Of a stretch of DNA of 64,000 bases, positions 12,601-23,322 are shown one piece after another. The notes beneath the pieces were generated by a model. It saw only the letters and a program-made list of their open reading frames with translations. It was not told the origin of the DNA and ran no database searches. Origin of the DNA: Fistulifera solaris (Eukaryota); the NCBI GenBank assembly GCA_030295235.1, contig AP026164.1, positions 1,922,001 to 1,986,000 on the forward strand. Reading direction: 5' to 3'. Position numbers and translations under genes: made by a program. Within the stretch, counting starts at the first letter, position 1, and every line of letters starts with the position of its first letter.

Positions 12601-15600
12601 CTAGGGTCGCTCCGACACATTCATTGTGTCGAACGGCACGTCTATAGGATGGATGTCCTGGACGATGCTGGCTCTTTTGATCGATGTGAGCTCGATAGCC
12701 ATGCGGATACGGTCGTTGCTGGACGGAATATGGTTTTACTTGAAGCTAGTGGGGAAACGGTACAAGTCTCTCCGTACAGCCCTGAGTATCAACCATTGTC
12801 CGACATTCCAATTGCCACATGTGCTACTGCTTACGACAATCCTGAAACTGGCGAAGTTATTCTTTTGATTTTTGGACAGGCGTTGTATTTTGGGGACCGG
12901 TTAGCTACGAGTCTGTTATCTCCGAACCAGATCCGTGACTTTGGTCATGTCGTGGAAGACAGTCCGACTCAGTATGTTCCCGAATCACGACACTCTATCA
13001 TTTTGCTCTCCTGAGCAACCAGAACTTGTCATTTCTCTTTCTATGAACGGTGTTATTTCAGGCTTTACTTCGCCCTACCAACTGACACCGAGTTACGTAA
13101 TGCATCTCGTATCTATGTGACGTCGGAGGACGAGTGGGATCCTTCATCCTCACGTTTTCAAGAGCGAGCAGGCGGCTAAAGATGTGGACTTTCTTTACCC
13201 AACATACCCTGTTCGTCGTAACATATCAGCACTGGTGATTGCTGACAACCCGGCGATATGACTTTGACCCTTTGCATTCCGGCCGGGGACATGGTGGACG
13301 GTGGACTCCAAGAACGGGGACTTCATTGTTGGCGGATTGGCAAAAGGTCTACTATTTTCAGACATTTGTGGTTTCTGTCATGAACGGTATCAAGATTCCG
13401 GGGACTGGTCTGACACGAGACAGGTTGCGGCGTTTCAGAAAGAAGCACCAAAGCCGGCATTGTCGCCAGTTGTGTTGGGTAAGCGATGGGGAATTGGCAA
13501 CGAAGTCGCCTCTAATACCATCAGAACCACAACACAGAAAGGAATTCGGAAAGTGGTACATCCAGTTCAACGACGAATGAAATCACAACCGTACCTCAGG
13601 CATCCAACGCTAAGAGGAAGATGGTATTCAGATACTGTTTTCTTCAAGGATAAAGGCTTGGGTGGAGAAACTTGTGCTCAGTTGACTACCAACGGAAAAG
13701 GTTACGGTCGGTTCTGGCCGATGAAGTCAAAGCGTCTTGCAAGTCATGGATTGGTGAATCTGGTCCAGGAGGATGGGATACCGGAGAAGCTGATTACTGA
13801 CAACTCCAGGGAACAAGGAGCTAGTGGAACCGGGAACACCGAGTGGGAGAAGGTGGTGTCTCGTTATCACATCAATCATACCTTCACGCAGCCATTCTCC
13901 TGGTGGCAGAACCGAGCTGAATCTGAAGTGCGAGAAATCAAACGTGGGATTCGGAAGTGGACGACAAAGAAACGTTCGCCCACGACGGCTCTGGCCGTAC
14001 CTCGGCGACTTGGTCACGCTGCATTCGATGTCTTACAGCTTTGGGCATTCCATCATTGCAAGGGCGGACACCTTTTGAGCACGTTAAGGGCTACACACCC
14101 GATATCAGTACCTATGCTCAGCATGAGTGGTATGACTGGGTGTGGTATCTGGACGAAGATGGCGATAATCATCTAGGTCGTTGGTTAGGGCCAGCTGGAG
14201 AATACGGATCTGGTGATTGTTACTGGATTCTCCCAAGGTCGTGTCAACCGATTGTGAGATCCACGGTGTGGGCGGTGGATGCCCAGGACTTCGGAACCGA
14301 TGCGATGAAGGCTAGAGTCAATGAACTGACCGCTATCATTGAACGAAAGATCGGGGGACACCGCTGAACTCGGCGAAGAGTTGCTACCAGACGTTTCAAT
14401 GCCTGCTGATCTATTTGACGTGGATGCGGATGAACAGCCAGAGCCAGAGGAACCTCGTCCAGATTTGGATGACTATACTCCGGAGGCGTACGATCACTAC
14501 ATTAACTCAGAGATTCAACTCCTAGTCGGTGGTGAGCTGAGGCATGGTGTCGTCAAGCCGGAGGGTTAAAAACGATGACGGCATACCCGATAGGTTCAGC
14601 GAATGAGAATCCAATCCTAGACACACGATATTACGAGGTTGAGTTTCCGGATGGGACAGTTGACTCGTACAGTGCTAACATTATTGCTGAGAATCTTTAC
14701 GCTCAGATTGATGATGAGGGTCGGATGTTTGCGGTATTATCGGAAATTGTCGATCATCGGAAGAACGGTCATGCAGTGTCCAAGGAGAACGGTTTTCTGC
14801 CTGACGGAACTGGCAGCAATCCTAGTCGGAAGATTACTACCAGGGGCTGGGAACTGCTGTGCGAATGGAAAGATGGAAGCTCAGATTGGGTCCGTTTGTC
14901 GGATATCAAGGAGTCCCATCCAGTACAAGTTGGCGCTTTTATGCAGTTGGAGCCAAGATCGACGACGAACCGGCGTTCTAGCCTGGTGGGTTCCCCGTGA
15001 TTCGGAAAAAGGATCGGATTATTGCAAAGACCAAGAACAGATACTGGAAGAGAACTCACAAGTATGGAGTTCGATTGCCAAAGACTGTGGCGGAAGCCTT
15101 ACAGATAGATCGGCGATACCGGTACGGATTACTGGCGGAAAGCGATTGAGAAAGAGATGAAGAATGTTTCGATTGCCTTCGAATTCAATGCCGAGGATTT
15201 GATTCCTGTGGGTCATAAGGAGATCAAGTGTCACATGATATTCGACGTCAAGATCACTTTAGTCCGCAAGGCACGGTTTGTGGCAGACGGTCACAAAGTC
15301 AATGAACCGAAGGAGAATACGTTTTCATCTGTCGTGGTCGAGAGATTCCGTAAGACTGTTCTTTCTGCTTGCTGCTTTGAATAACTTGAAAGTGTTGTCT
15401 GCCGATATTCAGAACGCTTATCTAACGGCCGATCAAAGAGAAATACTGGTATAGGACAGGGTTGGAATTTGGCTCGAATCAGGGTCGCCCGGCTAAGATT
15501 GTTCGTGCTTTGTATGGACTTCCGTCAGCCGGATTTCGATTCCGTTCACACCTTGCATCTAAGTTACGGGAACTTGGCTATACTTCGTGTAAGGCTGATC

Positions 15601-16758
15601 CTGACATCTGGATGCGGCCAGCCCTGAAGCCGGATGGCACCAAGTAATACGAGTATTTGTTGGCGACGTGGATGATCTTGTAGGACAAAGTATCGATCCT
15701 GATAAGATGTTCGGGCGAAATTGCACAAATCTTTCAGTTTAAAGACGGGAAAGCGGAAGAGCCGGAACTATATCTTGGAGCCTGACGTTAAAAAATGGCA
15801 TATTGATGATGCTGAAGACCCAACAAAGGACCGTTGGGCACTCGTCGGAAAAGTATACCAAAAAGGCTATCAGCGAGGTCGAGACTGAGCTAAACAAAGT
15901 TCATTTAGATCTACCAAAGAAAGCGACTCCATTTAGTGCAGGATACCGTCCGAATTGGATGTTTCACCAGAATTGGACAATCGGCGTCAGAATTATTTCC
16001 AGGGGTTGATTGGCGTGTTACGATGGTTATGCGAGTTGGGACGCTTGGATATCATTGTACCGGTCTCGATGTTGTCGAGGTACCTAGCGCAAGCTAGAGA
16101 AGGTCATCTTGATCAAGTGTTTCACATATTTGCTTACTTGAAATCTCACGACCGTTCTACTTTTGGTTTTTGATGATACCAGGCCTTTCATTGATGACAG
16201 ACGGTTCATAAGAAGGGACTGGAGCGAAGTTTTATCCGGATGCAGCTGAAGTGATTCCACCAGACAAACCGGGAGGAGCGTGGTGAGCCTGTGCTTATTT
16301 CATGTTTCTGCGATGCGGATCATGCCGGTTGTAGGGATACTCGACGTTCACATAGTGGCGTGCTTGTTTTTGTAAACAGGGCTCCTATTCTTTGGTTCTC
16401 AAAGCGCCAGACAACTGTTGAGACTTCTACATTTGGAAGTGAGATAGTAGCTTTGAAAATTGCCGTCGAGATGATTGAAGGTTTGCGTTATAAACTCCCG
16501 GGATGATGGGAGTACCGATTGAAGGGTCAACTTCTGTTTTCTGCGATAATGATTCCGTGGTCAAGAATACGACACACCCTGAGAGTCCTTTGAAAAAGAA
16601 AGCTAATGCGGTGGCGTATCACAAAGTTCGTGAAGCGATTGCTGCTGGTATTATTCGATTGACGAAGGAAGATGGCGAGACGAATTTGAGTGACATTCTC
16701 ACCAAGTTGTTGGGAGGTCCGGCGTCTTCGTGATCTCAGCTCTCGGGTGCTGTGGTGA
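12601..16758 (+). CDS. pol: Retrotransposon Pol (protease, integrase, chromo-like domain, RT, RNase H), broken by many indels
   Basis: Consecutive ORF fragments from 12649 to 16733 carry the copia Pol motifs in order. The protease frame continues directly from the gag frame. Confidence 0.9.
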
Positions 16759-16927
16759 TGTTATTTCTTGTGCTGGTTGTTGCCGATGGTGTCGACAGTG
16801 AGAGAGTTTCATTTATTTTACATATTTTACATGTCATGGGTTAAAACAACCCGCCCCCCATTTGAAAATGAAGGGGCCTCTGCAGTCTGATCATGTGAGA
16901 ACCAGTTCGCGACATGCTCACGGGGAC

Positions 16928-17113
16928 ACAGCGAATCCGGTCACGCTACGGTTGACGGATGTACGGCCGTTACGGATGAGCCGTCGTACCTCGCGTTAGC
17001 GCAGTCACAACATGCAACACATGGTGGTCATCTCCATGATTAGAAGGTGTAACGTAATTCATCTATTGCATGCCTCTATTTCATTCTATTGCTGCCGTAA
17101 TAGGATTAACTGT
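16928..17113 (+). repeat. 3' LTR (186 bp)
   Basis: Direct repeat of the 5' LTR, followed by ACGA. Confidence 0.96.
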
Positions 17114-17282
17114 ACGACCCATGAACCAGATGATGAGGGATATTCAAGGGTTCCCTAATAAAGGAAACAATACCGTATACCTTATCGACTGTTTGACTAC
17201 CGTACCGGGACTGTCATTACGGTTCCATGGTACCGGTACCGTACTTTATTCATTCCTCCTGCTGTTACCAGTACTGTACCCC

Positions 17283-17367
17283 GGAACGACGTTAAAATTC
17301 TGCCTCGTCGTAGACGCTACGTAGAATGTTGTACTAGGAGGCAGAATTTTAACGTCCGTCCCTGGTA
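17283..17367 (+). repeat. Short inverted-repeat (MITE-like or hairpin) element, copy 1
   Basis: Perfect 19-bp inverted repeat GACGTTAAAATTCTGCCTC (17288-17306 and 17338-17356). A second copy lies inverted at 22395-22486. Confidence 0.8.
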
Positions 17368-17519
17368 CCACCTGCGACCTGCGATCGAAAATCGAAACCA
17401 CAGGAAACCATTTACGCGATTGGGTGCAATTTTTTCAAGCGAACGCTTTTTTGCGCAGATCGTCGTCGTAATAACAAGCACCCAGATAAACTTTTGGAAT
17501 CTCTGCCGGCAACAAAAGC

Positions 17520-18446
17520 ATGGGTAGTTCCACGAGTCAAAGCTTCAAGTCAGCGTACGAACGGAGCGCCCTCCACGCTGGATCTTGGTACGACGACGAT
17601 CCGAGAAGGTTGAGAACTACATTAGATGAGAACATAAGACAAGCTGAAATCGAATCATTTGACAACGTCCGCGCTTTAATTGTTCCACATGCAGGTTATC
17701 GATACTCCGGGCCTACGGCTGCATTCTCTTACAAGATCCTGCATCAGTGCTTGAGTCGCCAGGCGATTCGAACCATTTTGGTCTTGCACCCCGCACATCA
17801 TGTTTACTTGCGAGGATGCGCTGTGTCGGGGGCAAGTAGCCTACAAACTCCTCTGGGAGATTTAGTGGTGGACGAGGATCTTAGACAGGAAATTCTTTTA
17901 CTGAATGATCCGGCTTTTAGTGTCATGGAGAAAAGCGTAGATGAAGAAGAACACTCGGGTGAGATGCAGTATCCGTACTTGGCACACGTTATTGCCGGTC
18001 GAGACATCAAAGTCTTGCCCATTATGTGTGGTTCTTTAGAAACTCCACAAGAGAAGCTATTCGGGGAAATTCTGAGGGCAATCATTGCTCGCCCGGAAGT
18101 TTGCACAATCATATCATCTGATTTTTGTCACTGGGGAAGTCGTTTCTCGTATCAGCCGACGGGCAACTCAATACCCATTCACCAGTTTATCGAGCAAATG
18201 GACAGAAAAGGTATGGATTTGATTCAATTGAAAGACCCTGGGGCATTTGCTTCGTATTTGAAAGAAACACGAAACACGATTTGTGGACGGCATGCTATTG
18301 CGGTATGGTTAAATGCTGTCTCCGCTTCTACCAACAACAATCTCGAAATATGTTTTGTCAATTATGCACAGAGTTCAGCTGTCACTTCTCGGAAGGAGTC
18401 CAGCGTTAGCTACGCTGCAGCAGTGGCGTTTATGAAAGAAAATTAA
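17520..18446 (+). CDS. MEMO1: MEMO1 / AmmeMemoRadiSam protein B family
   Basis: HAGSWY, IVPHAGYRYSG, EEEHSGEMQ, ISSDFCHWGSRF, NTICGRH and SSVSYA motifs. Confidence 0.95.
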   Translation: MGSSTSQSFKSAYERSALHAGSWYDDDPRRLRTTLDENIRQAEIESFDNVRALIVPHAGYRYSGPTAAFSYKILHQCLSRQAIRTILVLHPAHHVYLRGCAVSGASSLQTPLGDLVVDEDLRQEILLLNDPAFSVMEKSVDEEEHSGEMQYPYLAHVIAGRDIKVLPIMCGSLETPQEKLFGEILRAIIARPEVCTIISSDFCHWGSRFSYQPTGNSIPIHQFIEQMDRKGMDLIQLKDPGAFASYLKETRNTICGRHAIAVWLNAVSASTNNNLEICFVNYAQSSAVTSRKESSVSYAAAVAFMKEN

Positions 18447-18549
18447 TTGTAGGAGTTGCGGATGTCGCCGTCTAGTTTTTCGGTAAAAAAGCTTTGCATT
18501 ATCTACACCTCATCGGATTCTAAATTGTTGCTTAGTGAACGCACGCGAA

Positions 18550-21500
18550 TCATATCTGGCCTTCATTTTTATCAGCATCAGCGTCGCAGCTCTCTTCGGG
18601 ATTCTCACCTTCTGGTTGTTCGCCTATTGCCTCATTTGTTTCTTCAGCTCCTACCTCTTCTTTGTGTCCAGAGTTTTCTTCCGCTACGTGGCGTGGCTCG
18701 TCTTTGTCTTCTTCAACTTTTCCGGCTGGCTGTTCGAAAGTTTCGTTAGCTCCATCTGCCGGCATATTCTCGCTGCTTGGCGGTAAAGCAAGTGCTATCT
18801 CCATTTCCTCTTCACTTAAATTCAAATCGCCTAGTTTGAGCAGAAGGCTTTGCAAGTTCTCCTCGTACTCCGCCGCTGAATCAAATTCTTCACTAGCTAC
18901 TGCGATTTCGATCTTTTCTTCGATTTCCTTCAGCTTCGCGGTCAGTTCTCGAAACTCGAGGTAGATAATTTCTTTTGTAACTGGAGATGTCGAAGTTTCA
19001 AGATCAACACTACGACTCGCCGAAGCACTATTTTCCACCCTCAGAAGGTTTTCCGGTTCATTCGCGTCCGTCGAGCTAGCATTAGATTCTCCGCATCGGC
19101 TTTCTGCGTTCGCGGTATCAGGCTGATCTGGATGAACCTCACCGATCAGATCATCCCACCCTCCATATTTCTCATCATATGCTTTTCCTTCCATGACGAG
19201 AAGCTTGATTTGTCCGTCTAATACGTATGCACCGACTCCTCTGATACTATTTGGATCTGCATCTCCACAAACTTGTTTCTTAGTGGCGACGAATCGTTTG
19301 ACATTCTCTGCAAGCCGTCGCATCGCCGCCATGCCCGATTCCTTTTCTTTTTTTTGAGCAATCGCCTTGATTTCTTCAAGTTCGCTCTGGCATCTACGTA
19401 CATCTTCTTCGGCACTCTCTTTGCGGGACCGTGCTTCTCCCAAAAGTTCTTCTTCGCAATCTTTCAGTCGTGAAGCAGCGTCTTTCGCGTCTTTAGAGGC
19501 TTTGCCTGCCGCTTTGAAGTCTCGCCGAGCTGCCGCTTCTTTCTTCTGCTCTTCGTACTGTGGAATAAGGTGTTTCAGGGACAGTATTTCCTCCTCCAAT
19601 TTCAACATGTGAGAGTATGATGCGGCTAGGGTGTCTTTGCGTTCAGTGAATCGAGCTTCGGCATCCACAACTGCTGCCTGGAGCTTCATCAATTCGCCAT
19701 CGATCTTCTCTTCTTCCTCTTCGGACACTCCAAAGTTCATTTCCTTGGCTAAAATAGAGCCAAAAGTGTCTGCCATTTCGATCTCTGAACCGAGAGAGTT
19801 CATTAGCTTATCATGAGCGAGAAGTTCCTCGGCGTGAGCTTTGACTGTGATATCATGCTCTTCCTTTTGCTTGTCATTCGCTCTCTTCTCCATTTCCCAT
19901 TCATCTCTATTGTCTCTAATAGTATTCTTCTTCTTTGTTACTCTATCAAGCTGGCGTTGAAATTTTACCCGTACCATCAGGATCGATTCATCGTGTCCTG
20001 CTATTTCTGTTCGTAGCTCAGCCGCTCTTGCTTGCTTGGCATTTAGTAGCTTTCGCAATTCTTCAATTTCCTTCTCAGTTTCACCGAGTTCCTCTCTAGC
20101 AACGTCGCGTTGCTTCTCGTATTCTCCTGTCTGCTCAGAAATAGATTTTTCAAGCTCTTTGCTCTCTTCTTCTACAAGTTTTTCGTCACGTTCCATGTGC
20201 TTCAGATCCTGTTCGAGACGCTCCTGTTCTGCCGATATTTTCTTTGAAATGGTTTCCAATCTTTTCAATGTTTCACTTGCATCCTCTCTATCAAGCAGTT
20301 TTTGTTTTTCTTTGAAGCTCATCAAATCTTTTGAATGTCCAAGAAACAGTTCGACACTCCATCAATTATTTGCTGCTTTTGAGAGTCCAGCTGACGGATT
20401 GCCTCTCCTATACTACTCAAGGCAGACGCATATTCTTTGCACTCCTGCTCACGGACTGTAATGATGCCTTGCATTCGATCGGCCAGCTCAAAATCTTCGG
20501 CTTCTGCTGCCTCCATTTGCTGTGCTTCCGCCTGCTCTTTCTCTTGGGTGGCTAGTCTTTCCTTTGCAAGTGTCACAAAGCGCTGATCAATTAACATTAC
20601 GCGCTGTTTGCGGAGGTTGGTAACGTCTTCCATAGAAGCAACGACTTTGCTCCTAAAGTTAGCCATCATGTCATTGAATATGCTTGTAGGCGTCTGTTTA
20701 ATTGAGAATGCAGTAGTCGATGCGACGACAGCATGCTTTTTCATTAGAGACGAAACTGGCAAACTTTCCACCGATTTACTACTCGACGTCAGATGACTGA
20801 TGACCGAATCTTCAGTTTTGATGCTTCGAATCATGTTCAATGGTCGTTCAGCGATGGCGCGCTGCACTTCTTCTTGTTCACGCTGCAATAGTTCCGTTGG
20901 AGTCATATCAGTGTGATCCGTTGAAGGTGCGTTATCAATAGAGGCAGACTGAGAAGCGGTTATCATTGTCTGCTGAGTTGGAGTCGGGCTGCGTGCGGAA
21001 GGGCGGTGACTACTACTCCGACTTATTTGTAACGAAACAGCACTGGAAGAAGAATCTGAATTTCGTGGGCGGAACAGCCCGCCAAGAGCTCCTCCGAATG
21101 AACGATGAGTTTTCTCTAGTTGCTTTGCTTCGGCCACTGCAGCCTTAGCAGCTTGAACCATCTCATCCTGACTGTCAACGCTTCTACTTGCACCTATAGT
21201 GTTGCTGAACGATCCAGAACCCAGCGATCCGCCATCCGGTGGGTTATTATTGGCTTCTTGAATCATCTTTGTGTGAATAAATTGTTCCGCTTTTCTTGAA
21301 GCTTCCGATACAGCGGCGAGGTCGACGGGCGCTGCTGACGGTGCCGGTGCAGGTACAGGGATAATTTCCGGTATAGAAGGACGAGATTGCGCCTCATCCA
21401 TCGTAGCCGCTGCCACTCCAACTTTGGCTGTTCGAGCTCGCGTCATTCTCTTTTTCTTTACTACAGGAGCCATTGTGGCTTTTCCAAATGCCACACCCGC

Positions 21501-22003
21501 CCCTGCAAGGCTGCTCTGTCCATTATTGCTCAAAGATCCAAGAGTATCTTCATGTCCCGCAGCAGTTCGGGTCAATTCAACGTCGGGCGATCCAATGAAT
21601 GAAAACGTCGATGGAGAAGGCATGGAAGCACCTTCGCTTGTACTATGATCAGTGGTTATAGCATAATGGGTTGTAGGTTTCTGAAGGAACGGAAACGATG
21701 ACGCTGCAGCAACAGGGTCTAGTGCTTCATTGGTTTCCGTTGTGGGTGGTTGCGGTTGCGATAGGAAACTGAAAGAGCTGACAGCCGGTGTCGATTGGAT
21801 GTCCACTGGTCCGGGTGCTGATTTTTCCGTTGAAGTGAGGAAGGAAAATGAGGAAGGTTGCGGATCCGAAGGTGTGGGTTGCGACAACGAGTTGTTCAAA
21901 AATGAAAATGCGCTGCTATTTGTCGAAGCCGTGGGTGCGAGACCTTCGGATGAGCTCTCTTTTTGTCGATTTCCTTTCCTTTTAGATCCAATCCACCAAA
22001 CAT
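18550..22003 (-). CDS. Large coiled-coil protein with three UVR (UvrB/C)-like motifs and an N-terminal disordered region with FSF repeats
   Basis: ATG at 22003 (MFGGLDLKG). One missing A near 21962 and an indel near 20325 join it to ORFs 20322-21899 and 18550-20325. Motifs AAEAEDFELAD, AAARRDFKAAG and AVASEEFDSAAE. Confidence 0.8.
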
Positions 22004-22394
22004 GATTGATTGATTTGCCTTACTTGTGTATATTCTGCTTGAAACACAGCTCTCAACAAAGTATAATAGGTTCAGCATGCGCTGATAAGATCGATTTGAA
22101 ACCACCACCATTTTTTCGACCTACAAGTACCTGGTACAGTACCAGTACCACGCACTACGTTTTTCTTTTTCCTTATTGTGCACCATTTAAACAATATTCA
22201 TAGATTGTGTTGGACGTTTCGTACATAGACAAAGGATTGCGGTCTAACCTTAACTCATTCTAAGGAGTACCGGTACCGGTACTTGTACTTTGTACTTTGT
22301 ACGTAACCTTACCAATAGCAGAGGCAGACGAAAACATTGCGTCCTGCCAGACGGACAGACGGACGGACAGACGAGGTTGTCGTTCATTCGAAAT

Positions 22395-22486
22395 TACCAG
22401 GGAAGGACGTTAAAATTCTGCCTCCCAGTACCTGTTACAAGATTCTACGTAGCGTCTACGACGAGGCAGAATTTTAACGCCGTTCC
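22395..22486 (-). repeat. Short inverted-repeat element, copy 2 (inverted)
   Basis: Reverse complement of 17283-17367 with a 7-bp insertion and a few substitutions. Arms at 22406-22424 and 22463-22481 (18/19 match). Confidence 0.8.
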
Positions 22487-23322
22487 CAAGAAACCTTACA
22501 CGGTACAAGTACAACTACCTTGTACTTGTACTTTCAATCTTTAAGTCTCGCAGTTTAGACTCTCCAAAACCTAGACAAGCGTTTAGCAGCTATGGTGAAA
22601 TAATCTGTAACAAGAGATTCATCGTTATTTCCTCCACTTCCCTCAATCCAAAGCGGAGAGCTCCGACGCGCATGAGACCTGATACTGGCACACAAGTACC
22701 TCATAATTGTATTCAGTAAAATTTAAAAATCAAAAGCACAAGACTTAATCCGTATATTTAACCGCGATGCCACGTCACAGGAATGTCGCTACGACATTGC
22801 TGTCATCTTGCTTCTGTTCTGATCGTGTTGGGACCATTTCCATAACACTTACGCAAATGTAATTTCTACGTGCCAAGAACATGAGTAAGGAATAGTGTAT
22901 GTCGTGCCAGTAAATCGCTTCCCAGTTTAACACACTTTAGTATCATTTCACCGATGAGTATGAAAGTCTTGGTCTTTGGGCCTTTGGGTATTTTAGAGTT
23001 GTAGTACGGAAAATCAAACTGTGTGACGAAAGTAAATGCGAAACGTACTGAAGTTTTTCGGGGTTAGTCCTATGTAATAAAGTATATAACGCTCCGCAGT
23101 GCCCAAATTACCAAAATACGACTAGAGTAGGCCCAAAGCAAAGACCCAAAGAACAGTGAGCGGCCGAAAAACGCGAATGACCCCAAACTGACGCCGATGG
23201 TGTGTTTGTTACCTTGCAACATCCGCCAACCCGCTTTTTCGAAGGCTTTCACCAATCCCTCATACTTCTAACAGAATCAGGAGAGAGAAGTATCCTATCT
23301 TTAAAATTGGTTTTTCATAACA

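Larger units (their letters stand above)
10776..17113 (+). mobile_element. Full-length Ty1/copia LTR retrotransposon (diatom CoDi type)
   Basis: Near-identical LTRs at 10776-10959 and 16928-17113. ACGA flanks both ends. Internal order is gag, protease (ELDSHADT), integrase (SDT...TDN...QNRAESEV), RT (KARFVADGH, ADIQNAYL, ALYGL), RNase H (CDADHAG, CDNDSVV, NLSDILTK). Confidence 0.96.

Noticed and set aside
16853..16927. Canonical polypurine tract
   Set aside because: Only GGGGA precedes the 3' LTR. A purine run at ~16864-16876 is about 50 bp away within a small hairpin, so no PPT can be assigned.
22768..22779. bZIP/aureochrome-like ACGT boxes (also ~6961 and ~54750)
   Set aside because: Short motifs expected by chance, with no supporting evidence.
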